From a virus (lineage: Duplodnaviria; Heunggongvirae; Uroviricota; Caudoviricetes): a stretch of DNA of 7,932 nucleotides. The notes under the pieces are model-generated. The model did not search any database. It worked only from the letters and a program-made list of their open reading frames with translations, and was not told where the DNA came from. The translations under genes were made by a program, and so were the position numbers. Each line of letters starts with the position of its first letter. The stretch's first letter is position 1. The stretch spans positions 1-7,932 of the IMG/VR virus record IMGVR_UViG_2529293240_000012; one strand, 5' to 3'. This document shows positions 1 to 6,343 of this stretch, piece after piece.

Positions 1-34
1 GTGTCGATGAGTCCGGAAAGTGCCGGTACATCAT

Positions 35-319
35 TCAGGCCGGGAAAATGGTGCTCTCCATCCACATATCCAGCTCTGAATCCGGTGCCTGTGCCCGAAT
101 GAAGACGGCAATATGCAGAACAGCCTGCCAGTCATCTTCATCCGTCATTTTTCCGGTGTACTGAGCATCACTCAGCCACACCGCCACGGCAGGCAGTTCC
201 TGCGCATCAATAAATGCCGGAAGCCCGTCAAAAAACGTGGCGCTGTCTCCACACTGTTCCCGAAGGCGTGCCAGTACGACCTGGCGGATCTGTGTATGTC
301 GGTTCATCGGGTCAGCCAT
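35..319 (-). CDS. Tail terminator protein, lambda gpU-like; reading frame broken near the 3' end (frameshift relative to gpU)
   Basis: The 94-aa ORF resembles lambda gpU as I recall it (ATFFDG..PAVAV..YTG...W...LHI.VF..AQ.PDSELD.WMES). A second ATG at 307 forms an ATGA overlap with the stop of the upstream Z-like gene and gives an N-terminus of gpU-like length; a GAGG lies just before the ATG at 319. The ORF stops at 35-37 (TGA), but the -1 frame continues LNDVPALSGLIDT to the window edge, matching the gpU region that follows (my recollection: DIPALSDLIT). Confidence 0.7.
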   Translation of the reverse strand: MADPMNRHTQIRQVVLARLREQCGDSATFFDGLPAFIDAQELPAVAVWLSDAQYTGKMTDEDDWQAVLHIAVFIRAQAPDSELDMWMESTIFPA

Positions 320-888
320 AACCTCAGTTGTTGTTTCAGTGCATACCCCAGCTGTTTCGGCATTTCCGCAGCAATGATGCGGTCGCGGGCATCTTCAAAT
401 GCCTGTGTCAGCGGTCCGGACAGCGGGATTTTCACCACATCAATGGGGTAACGATTTTTGCCGTCAATACGCCGCATCACATGCCAGCGACCATTCGCCA
501 GTTGCTGAATAAACGCATCCCGGAAAAGGTATTTCCCCACTTTCAGTACGCTGCCACGATGACGTGAGTTGCTGCCATGCCGGGAGCGGGCCAGTCTGAC
601 CTGTGCGGTACCCAGCTTAATGGCGGGCAGGTTACCCCGGTTAACACGCATGCGGGCATACATTTTTCCTGAGGGGCTGGCTTTAAGCAGCCTGACACGC
701 TCCCTGACCGTTTTCAGGGGAATACCTTTCACCTGGTTATCCCCGGCAACGGTATTCTGCGCAACCTGCCGTGTGGCGACAGAAATAATCTTTGCCGCCA
801 CACGGTTTACCGCCCATGCGCTGGCCTGTGGCACCATGCGGGTATCGAGGCTGTTCAGATTACGGATGGCATTCTCAAGCCCCTTCAT
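304..888 (-). CDS. Minor tail protein Z-like (lambda gpZ family, tail completion)
   Basis: 194-aa ORF whose size and position (just upstream of U) match lambda gpZ (about 192 aa). AGAGGTG Shine-Dalgarno about 6 nt upstream of the ATG at 886-888. Family assignment is from gene order plus recalled similarity. Confidence 0.65.
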   Translation of the reverse strand: MKGLENAIRNLNSLDTRMVPQASAWAVNRVAAKIISVATRQVAQNTVAGDNQVKGIPLKTVRERVRLLKASPSGKMYARMRVNRGNLPAIKLGTAQVRLARSRHGSNSRHRGSVLKVGKYLFRDAFIQQLANGRWHVMRRIDGKNRYPIDVVKIPLSGPLTQAFEDARDRIIAAEMPKQLGYALKQQLRLWLTR

Positions 889-899
889 CCCACACCTCT

Positions 900-1175
900 T
901 TACTCAATAAAGATCATTGGTTTACCGTTAAAGCGTTCATGCCGTGTGACCGTCCATTGTTGTCCGTCATAAACAACGCGGTCCCCGCGCCGTGGGCGGT
1001 ATCCCGAAGAAAACACCACCAGAGAGACCGCCGGTCCGGACAGAGCGTTCAGCTCTGCCAGAGTTTCTCCCGGGAGCACAGGCATATAAACATCATTAAT
1101 CGAGGCCATCTTTCCCATCTTTCTGACCGTGATCGCATCCATACGCGCTGCCAGCCGGGAAAAGGGATCAGACAT
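900..1175 (-). CDS. Head–tail joining protein at the lambda FII position (family often annotated as prophage ATP-binding sugar transporter-like)
   Basis: 91-aa ORF between the DUF2190-like gene and the Z-like gene, the position FII occupies in lambda (E-FI-FII-Z-U). Its ATG (1173-1175) overlaps the end of the upstream gene in an ATGnnTGA arrangement, suggesting translational coupling. Family call is from memory and is not certain. Confidence 0.5.
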   Translation of the reverse strand: MSDPFSRLAARMDAITVRKMGKMASINDVYMPVLPGETLAELNALSGPAVSLVVFSSGYRPRRGDRVVYDGQQWTVTRHERFNGKPMIFIE

Positions 1176-1491
1176 TGAGTTTTACCGGCACTTCTTCTGC
1201 ACCAGCTCCGGCATCTGCCCAGACAACCCCGACCAGCGGATCAGAGCCGCTGTTAGTCAGCTGAACTTTTCCGGACTTCAGAAAAACCTTCTTACCCGTT
1301 TTCATGTCATCCGTTTTCAGCTTAGGCAGCATAAACACACCTTCGGTCAGGCCGTCGCCTGTTTCACCCTGTGGAATATCGGTCAGCGCCACCGCAAAAA
1401 CATCACCCACCTGCACCAGATCTCCGCTGCTGATGGCTGCACTGGCAACAATCGCCACCGTTTTTCCTTCTTCTACAAAATTCTTTGCCAT
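1168..1491 (-). CDS. DUF2190-family small head protein (head decoration/cement-like)
   Basis: The ORF track starts at 1536, but an internal ATG at 1489-1491 is preceded by GGAGA 5-6 nt upstream and gives MAKNFVEEGKTV..., the typical DUF2190 N-terminus as I recall it. Sits immediately downstream of the capsid gene. 107 aa from this start. Confidence 0.6.
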   Translation of the reverse strand: MAKNFVEEGKTVAIVASAAISSGDLVQVGDVFAVALTDIPQGETGDGLTEGVFMLPKLKTDDMKTGKKVFLKSGKVQLTNSGSDPLVGVVWADAGAGAEEVPVKLNV

Positions 1492-1534
1492 AACTGTCTC
1501 CGCACAGCCCCGTTCAGGGGCTGATTTCAGGTAC

Positions 1535-1554
1535 AAAAAAAGCCCTTACGGGCC
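1535..1554 (-). terminator. Putative intrinsic terminator or attenuator downstream of the capsid gene
   Basis: On the minus strand, 21 nt after the capsid stop: G-GCCC-GUAA-GGGC-U followed by seven U (plus strand a7-gccc-ttac-gggc-c). The stem is only 4-5 bp but all G:C with a GNRA-type loop and a U7 tract. Lies in the 43-nt gap between the capsid stop (1578) and the DUF2190 start (1491). Confidence 0.35.
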
Positions 1555-1577
1555 ATCAGAGTTGTTGTCTGCGACGT

Positions 1578-3212
1578 TTACGCCGTACATTTCACCAGAC
1601 CGCGGTGATCAACTGGCGCAACACCAGCGTCAATACGCACTTTCGTTGTCACGCCATCCACACTGAAGCCCTCCATCTGATCAATATATGGCGTATCCAC
1701 ACCGTTGAGATAAGCCACTTCAATCGTATCGGAGCCTTTGGACGCTGCCAGATAAAAAGTGGTCTGGCTGTTATCATCAAGACGAGGCTCTGCAATAACG
1801 GTCGCAAAATCTTTCACCGGGTTAATAATACCGGCGTTAATGTCAGCCCCCTTGACACTTGAGGAGCGAATGACCTGGTTAGCAACAGACTCCATCGCCG
1901 TCGGTACCAGTACGAACGCAGGACGAATATTCAGATGACGCTCACCCTCTTTCTGAACACGCATCAACTGGCGGGCTTTATCCAGCGATGCCACGTCCAT
2001 TGCTGCGCTCTCCAGTACGTTTGCATGTTTCGCTTTATCGAACAGGCTTACATTATCTGTGGAGATTTTCGGGTTAGACGTCAGAATGGCATAAACCAGA
2101 TTGGCAATAGTGGATTTCGCCGCACGGCCCAGTTTCATCGGGACATCGGTCAGCATATTCAGATCATCGTTGATAATGGCCTGACGGGTGATACTGAACA
2201 GTTCACCATAGGTCGCCAGTGCAATCGTGGCCTGTTTATCTCCGGTAGTAACGTATTTATATTCCGCCCCTTCACGCACCTGACGCAGAGCACTGAAGCC
2301 CCCCATACCCACACGATGGGCAATTTTAAAATCAGACAGTTGACCTTTCCGCGTCCACTGTTCATAGGTTTCAGGGGCATCTTCCCAGCCCTGCAGAATG
2401 GCTTTGTTCGCAACATCCAGCAGAATATTACCGAAGTCAGACGTACTGTGTGTGAACGCTGCCCCGACCATCTGCATCGGGTTATAACCGGAAACCCCAA
2501 TACCCCGTTCAGTCAGTGACATACGGGCATATTCACGCAGGGTCATCCCGTTGTAGACATTATCACGTTCAGTTTTTTCAAACCCGGCACGCGCCATCAG
2601 CGCCTGGCGGATCCCGTCCCCCACAAAATTACCGTTTCCGGCATAAATATGGGCCGGGGTATTTTTATTTGATGGTGAAAATTCCTTACCCATTTCGTTA
2701 AGTAATTTCTCACGGGCCTGCTCAAGCGAGCACTCCGGATCGGAAAGACAACTGGCCTGCAATGTCTGATAACGCCCGCCAAACATACCAAACAGTTCAT
2801 TAATACCACTCACACGTGCTTTTTGCTCTGCCAGTACCTGCGCACGGATACTGCTTTCATCTGCGGAAGGTGCATTTGTGGTGGTCGCGGTTGTGGCAAC
2901 CTGAGCCGTAGTCTGCTCCTGTGTCTGAGATGCAGTATTTTTGTTTTCAGGTTCACGCGTTGCACTGTTGCGTGGCGGAGTAATCATGTTTCGAATGGAT
3001 TCCGGCATCTTTTTAAATTCCTCTGTACGTTTTGACTGAATACATGCCATTGCCTTAACGGCTGGCGTCACCTGATCAGCAAATCCATGTGCCAGACATT
3101 CGGCACCGGACATCCAGGTCTCATCCGCCAGCATGGCAGCAACTTCATCGGTGGTTTTCCCGGTTTTCTGTGCATAAGCGGGTAACAGAACCGCCTCAAC
3201 TTTATCGAGCAG
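1578..3212 (-). CDS. ClpP-like prohead protease–scaffold–major capsid fusion protein, 5' end interrupted by IS600 (probably a pseudogene)
   Basis: 518-aa ORF from the ATG at 3132-3134. The same frame stays open a further 26 codons upstream to the IS600 boundary at 3212 and only stops inside the IS. The residues just before and after the ATG (..AYAQKTGKTTDEVAAMLADETWMSGAECLAHGFADQV) match the C-terminal helix region of ClpP-type proteases. This is followed by a Thr/Ala/Gln-rich linker and about 400 aa of capsid-like sequence. The catalytic core of the protease is absent from the window. Confidence 0.75.
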   Translation of the reverse strand: MLDKVEAVLLPAYAQKTGKTTDEVAAMLADETWMSGAECLAHGFADQVTPAVKAMACIQSKRTEEFKKMPESIRNMITPPRNSATREPENKNTASQTQEQTTAQVATTATTTNAPSADESSIRAQVLAEQKARVSGINELFGMFGGRYQTLQASCLSDPECSLEQAREKLLNEMGKEFSPSNKNTPAHIYAGNGNFVGDGIRQALMARAGFEKTERDNVYNGMTLREYARMSLTERGIGVSGYNPMQMVGAAFTHSTSDFGNILLDVANKAILQGWEDAPETYEQWTRKGQLSDFKIAHRVGMGGFSALRQVREGAEYKYVTTGDKQATIALATYGELFSITRQAIINDDLNMLTDVPMKLGRAAKSTIANLVYAILTSNPKISTDNVSLFDKAKHANVLESAAMDVASLDKARQLMRVQKEGERHLNIRPAFVLVPTAMESVANQVIRSSSVKGADINAGIINPVKDFATVIAEPRLDDNSQTTFYLAASKGSDTIEVAYLNGVDTPYIDQMEGFSVDGVTTKVRIDAGVAPVDHRGLVKCTA

Positions 3213-3276
3213 TGAGGTAGCCTGAGTTTAACGGACACTCCTTCCTGAAATAGAATGGCATCAGAAGGAGCTAATA

Positions 3277-3579
3277 ATGAGCAGAAAAACCCAACGTTAC
3301 TCTAAAGAGTTCAAAGCCGAAGCTGTCAGAACGGTTCTTGAAAATCAACTTTCGATCAGTGAAGGCGCTTCCCGATTATCCCTTCCTGAAGGCACTTTAG
3401 GACAATGGGTTACCGCCGCCAGAAAAGGGCTCGGTACTCCTGGTTCCCGCACGGTGGCTGAACTGGAATCTGAAATTCTGCAACTGCGTAAGGCGTTAAA
3501 TGAAGCTCGCCTTGAGCGAGATATATTAAAAAAAGCAACAGCGTATTTTGCACAGGAGTCGCTGAAAAATACGCGTTAA
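3277..3579 (+). CDS. IS600-like transposase OrfA (HTH DNA-binding subunit)
   Basis: 100-aa ORF with AGGAG 8 nt upstream of the ATG. C-terminal leucine-zipper-like region (ELESEILQLRKALNEARLERDILKKATAYF) typical of IS3-family OrfA. Slippery run A AAA AAA at 3528-3534 near the 3' end. Confidence 0.85.
   Translation: MSRKTQRYSKEFKAEAVRTVLENQLSISEGASRLSLPEGTLGQWVTAARKGLGTPGSRTVAELESEILQLRKALNEARLERDILKKATAYFAQESLKNTR
3528..3534 (+). other. Probable programmed -1 ribosomal frameshift heptamer (A AAA AAA) joining IS600 orfA to orfB
   Basis: The heptamer is in the X XXY YYZ phase of orfA. A -1 slip gives ..KKSNSVFCTGVAEKYALIEQWRQQFPIEAMCQVFGVSRSGYY.., which is the orfB frame and a typical IS3-family OrfAB junction. 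Confidence 0.6.
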
Positions 3580-3614
3580 TCGAACAATGGCGACAACAAT
3601 TTCCCATTGAAGCG

Positions 3615-4434
3615 ATGTGTCAGGTATTTGGTGTATCCAGGAGCGGTTATTACAACTGGGTACAGCATGAACCCTCAGACAGAAAACAAAGTGATGAGCG
3701 GCTAAAACTGGAGATTAAGGTGGCACATATCCGCACTCGCGAAACATATGGAACCCGGCGGCTCCAGACGGAGCTGGCAGAGAATGGCATCATCGTTGGT
3801 CGTGACCGACTGGCACGTCTTCGTAAGGAGCTAAGGCTACGCTGTAAGCAGAAACGCAAGTTCAGAGCGACTACGAACCCGAACCACAATCTGCCAGTTG
3901 CGCCAAATCTGCTGAACCAGACGTTCGCTCCTACAGCACCAAATCAGGTCTGGGTGGCGGACCTGACGTATGTTGCCACACAGGAGGGATGGTTGTACCT
4001 CGCTGGCATCAAAGATGTTTATACGTGCGAAATTGTCGGCTACGCCATGGGAGAGCGCATGACAAAAGAGCTGACAGGTAAAGCCCTGTTTATGGCGCTC
4101 AGGAGCCAGCGCCCACCTGCCGGGCTAATCCACCACTCTGATCGAGGTTCACAGTACTGCGCATACGATTACCGGGTCATACAGGAGCAGTCTGGTCTGA
4201 AAACATCAATGTCGCGTAAAGGTAACTGTTACGACAACGCTCCGATGGAAAGCTTCTGGGGAACGCTAGAAAAATGAGAGCCTGAGCCACTATCGTTTTA
4301 ATAACCGGGATGAAGCCATCTCAGTAATACGGGAATACATTGAGATTTTCTACAATCGTCAGCGTCGTCACTCTCGTCTGGGGAATATCTCCCCGGCAGC
4401 CTTCAGGGAAAAATATCATCAGATGGCTGCTTAA
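3615..4434 (+). pseudogene. IS600-like transposase OrfB (DDE catalytic subunit), interrupted by a frameshift near 4265-4277
   Basis: The ORF from the ATG at 3615 ends at TGA 4275-4277 after 220 aa (..ESFWGTLEK*). The +1 frame continues immediately as NESLSHYRFNNRDEAISVIREYIEIFYNRQRRHSRLGNISPAAFREKYHQMAA to 4434, the conserved IS3-family OrfB C-terminus. 218+1+53 = 272 aa, the expected intact length. Consistent with a single-base insertion. Confidence 0.75.
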
Positions 4435-4477
4435 AAAAAGAACAAATGGTAGTGTCCGCTATTGCCAGTACACCTCA

Positions 4478-4602
4478 CTGTTCAGCATGGTTGTAACGAC
4501 AATTTCGGTGAAATACTTAGTGGGTAGCTCCTGACCGAATACCAGTACAGTTTCTTTGTCAGCGCTTAGTGCGATATCCAGTTTGCGATAAGTAATAGAC
4601 AT
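4478..4602 (-). pseudogene. 5' stub (41 codons) of a gene cut off by IS600; possibly the N-terminus of the ClpP-like protease
   Basis: ATG at 4600-4602 with AAGGAG 7 nt upstream. Encodes MSITYRKLDIALSADKETVLVFGQELPTKYFTEIVVTTMLN, then runs into the IS600 right end and stops 6 codons inside it. Weak resemblance to the ClpP N-terminal beta-strand region (..KERVIFLTGQVED..IVAQML..). Not in frame with the 3' part across the IS. Confidence 0.35.
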
Positions 4603-4707
4603 ATTTGTTTCTCCTTTTGAAAAGATGTTTTAAAAAGATTGAACTTATCGGTCTTCCATAGGTATTCCTACGGCGTCTCCCCGTATCTTGGTCAGTTCAA
4701 AAGGTGG

Positions 4708-4724
4708 TGCTAGCTGTGCTAGTG
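4708..4724. repeat. 17-bp exact repeat TGCTAGCTGTGCTAGTG containing the palindrome CTAGC-TGT-GCTAG (copy 1, intergenic)
   Basis: Identical 17-mer also at 4937-4953, with flanks similar over about 21 bp. This copy lies 34 bp downstream of the 74-aa ORF stop and is followed by a (TGA)4 run. Confidence 0.6.
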
Positions 4725-4757
4725 GTGATGATGATGACGATGAACTACGTGGGTTAA

Positions 4758-4982
4758 TTACATGAAATCTCTTGGGGTCAGCCCTGCGTCAACCGCCATG
4801 AGACAGAGGGCAGCCTTAGAGTAATACGGGCGGATTTCCTTGGCAGGCAGACCCAGAGTAGCTATCAGCGCCTTGGTGGGTACTACCATCAGGCGTAACG
4901 CCTTACGGCCTTCTGGTGTCCTTGGGTCAATCTTGATGCTAGCTGTGCTAGTGATGTTGGTGCCATTTGTGTTATTATTCAT
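4758..4982 (-). CDS. Hypothetical small protein (74 aa), translationally coupled to the upstream Rha-family gene
   Basis: ATG at 4980-4982 overlaps the Rha gene stop (minus strand ..CATGAATAA..) and is preceded by GGAGGAGG. Asn/Thr-rich N-terminus followed by a more ordinary 50-aa region. I recognise no family. Confidence 0.5.
   Translation of the reverse strand: MNNNTNGTNITSTASIKIDPRTPEGRKALRLMVVPTKALIATLGLPAKEIRPYYSKAALCLMAVDAGLTPRDFM
4937..4953. repeat. 17-bp exact repeat TGCTAGCTGTGCTAGTG (copy 2, inside the 5' end of the 74-aa ORF)
   Basis: Exact copy of 4708-4724 in the same orientation, 229 bp away. On the minus strand it encodes ITSTAS near the N-terminus of the 74-aa protein. Confidence 0.6.
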
Positions 4983-5676
4983 GAATTACCTCCTCCAGCC
5001 TTGCTACTGCCTGTAGGTGTTGCTGTTTAGCAGCGTCGCTTCCATGAACCGCTATGACCTTTCCGCGCATCTTGAGTACGTTTTCAGGTCGGCTGAAGAA
5101 CTCCAGTCCCTTGGCGTTAAACCGAATGTTTATACCGTTCGGGTTGAATCGATGGTCAGTAGGTTTGATAATTCGAAAGTATTCCGCATAGTCTGGATTG
5201 ACTGACCACTCGCCACTGAAAGGATGTACTCGGAACAACTTGCGCTCTTTCTTAAGGATGGTCATCAGTTTCTGAGCGGGTAGACCATTGGCCTTGCAGT
5301 AATCGCCCCAAGTCACGCCTCGACGGTTAGCCGACTGAATGACCGCTCGTTTCTTCTGGTCTTCCAGTTGAAGGACTCTCTGTTCTAACGCCTGAATATG
5401 GTCGTAGCATTTAGCACGGAGGCGAGCAGAATAACCAGCGACCAGAATAAAGGTATGCTTTCGGTCTAGGCGATACATTACCCGGCTCTCGCCTTTAGCG
5501 TCCTTGTATACTTCCTCGCTAACCGGCTCAGTTTTGAGCGCGTTAAGCTCCTCAACCATATTGCGAATATCACGCAGGACATTTCGGTGTGCCTTGCCTG
5601 TCATCTCGGCAATTTCAACTGAGGTCATGGAGATAAGCTGGTCAAGGTTAATGACGCTGATTCCTTGTTGAGACAT
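4975..5676 (-). CDS. Phage regulatory protein, Rha family (antirepressor-like; N-terminal Rha domain plus a C-terminal domain of uncertain type)
   Basis: From the ATG at 5674-5676 (AAGGAAA about 8 nt upstream) the product is 233 aa. N-terminus MSQQGISVINLDQLISMTSVEIAEMTGKAHRNVLRDIRNMVEEL matches the Rha-domain signature (..EIAE.TGK.H.NVLRDI..). The longer ORF-track start at 5772 adds an implausible Leu/Val/Arg-rich extension and has no ribosome-binding site. Confidence 0.7.
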   Translation of the reverse strand: MSQQGISVINLDQLISMTSVEIAEMTGKAHRNVLRDIRNMVEELNALKTEPVSEEVYKDAKGESRVMYRLDRKHTFILVAGYSARLRAKCYDHIQALEQRVLQLEDQKKRAVIQSANRRGVTWGDYCKANGLPAQKLMTILKKERKLFRVHPFSGEWSVNPDYAEYFRIIKPTDHRFNPNGINIRFNAKGLEFFSRPENVLKMRGKVIAVHGSDAAKQQHLQAVARLEEVIHE

Positions 5677-5818
5677 AGCTTGATTTCCTTTTGTTTGCAC
5701 CCTGAAGCCGCACCCCACTGGCCTACTCAAAGTCCCCAAGCGAAGGGAGACCAGCAGGACAACAGGATGCAAACAGAATGACTTTGAGATTGAATGAATG
5801 AATGGTGATGATTGTGTC

Positions 5819-5836
5819 GTAGCTGTGCGGAGCTAC
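5819..5836. repeat. Inverted repeat GTAGCT-GTGCGG-AGCTAC upstream of the Rha-family gene; shares TAGCTGTGC with the 17-bp repeats
   Basis: 6-bp arms with a 6-bp spacer, about 145 bp upstream of the Rha start and about 50 bp from the IS2 left end. The 9-mer TAGCTGTGC is common to all three sites. Confidence 0.3.
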
Positions 5837-5977
5837 TGTATGGTGAAGCGCGAGAGGTGGAACTTTGGGAGAGACACGTGGTGCTATAGACTGGCCCCCT
5901 GAATCTCCAGACAACCAGTATCACTTATTTAAGTGATAGTCTTAATACTAGTTTTTAGACTAGTCATTGGAGAACAG

Positions 5978-6343
5978 ATGATTGATGTCTTAGGGCCGGA
6001 GAAACGCAGACGGCGTACCACACAGGAAAAGATCGCAATTGTTCAGCAGAGCTTTGAACCGGGGATGACGGTCTCCCTCGTTGCCCGGCAACATGGTGTA
6101 GCAGCCAGCCAGTTATTTCTCTGGCGTAAGCAATACCAGGAAGGAAGTCTTACTGCTGTGGCCGCCGGAGAACAGGTTGTTCCTGCCTCTGAACTTGCTG
6201 CCGCCATGAAGCAGATTAAAGAACTCCAGCGCCTGCTCGGCAAGAAAACGATGGAAAATGTACTCCTCAAAGAAGCCGTTGAATATGGACGGGCAAAAAA
6301 GTGGATAGCGCACGCGCCCTTATTGCCCGGGGATGGGGAGTAA
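5978..6343 (+). CDS. insC: IS2 transposase OrfA (InsC)
   Basis: 121-aa product [41 protein letters not shown].. from the ATG at 5978 with GGAGAA upstream. The ORF track starts at 5933, but that start lies partly in the terminal inverted repeat. Slippery A AAA AAG at 6295-6301. Confidence 0.9.
   Translation: MIDVLGPEKRRRRTTQEKIAIVQQSFEPGMTVSLVARQHGVAASQLFLWRKQYQEGSLTAVAAGEQVVPASELAAAMKQIKELQRLLGKKTMENVLLKEAVEYGRAKKWIAHAPLLPGDGE
6295..6301 (+). other. IS2 programmed -1 frameshift site (A AAA AAG) for the OrfAB fusion transposase
   Basis: The heptamer is in the orfA phase (gca AAA AAG tgg) at the start of the orfA/orfB overlap. This is the known IS2 frameshift window. Confidence 0.8.

Larger units (their letters stand above)
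3213..4477 (+). mobile_element. IS3-family insertion sequence, IS600-like (1265 bp)
   Basis: Terminal inverted repeats beginning TGAGGT at the left end and ending ACCTCA at the right, with a second shared block GGACACT. Contains orfA (100 aa) and an orfB-frame gene of IS3-family type. IS600 is, as I recall, 1264 bp with 100-aa and 272-aa ORFs; this copy fits with one extra base. No matching 3-bp flanking duplication (CAG left, CTG right). Confidence 0.8.

Noticed and set aside
113-3035. Plus-strand ORFs across the left 3 kb (113..451, 328..567, 569..910, 792..1178, 1129..1524, 1304..1666, 1605..1862, 1935..2519, 2516..2701, 2823..3035) and minus-strand alternative-frame ORFs inside the capsid gene (2159..2500, 2597..2809).
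   Set aside because: All lie antisense to, or out of frame within, minus-strand genes that have homology and ribosome-binding-site support. They have odd composition (Cys/Arg/His-rich) and no start context, so they are shadow ORFs.
3210-4480. The 3-bp flanks of IS600 (CAG and CTG) as a target-site duplication, and the 5-bp flanks of IS2 (TGCTA and GAGAG).
   Set aside because: They are not identical, so not duplications. CAG and CTG are reverse complements, but for a 3-mer that is easily chance. A GAGAG 13 bp left of IS2 (5869-5873) is probably coincidental.
3410-4534. ORFs 3410..3607 (-), 3650..3889 (-) and 4340..4534 (+) inside the IS600-like element.
   Set aside because: They are antisense or out of frame relative to the transposase genes; 4340..4534 runs across the IS right end. 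None has independent support.
4726-4743. (TGA)4-CGA-TGA microsatellite and a His-rich reading frame just downstream of the 74-aa ORF.
   Set aside because: Only four or five units; the His-rich frame has no start codon and ends within a few codons. Probably low-complexity intergenic sequence.
5017-5205. Plus-strand 62-aa ORF antisense to the Rha-family gene, and 7181..7363 (+) antisense to the integrase-like gene.
   Set aside because: Shadow ORFs with no ribosome-binding site or family signal.
5677-5772. Longer 5' starts suggested by the ORF track for the Rha-family gene (5772) and the DUF2190 gene (1536).
   Set aside because: The extensions have no Shine-Dalgarno sequence and encode atypical sequence, whereas the internal ATGs at 5676 and 1491 have good ribosome-binding sites and give family-typical N-termini.
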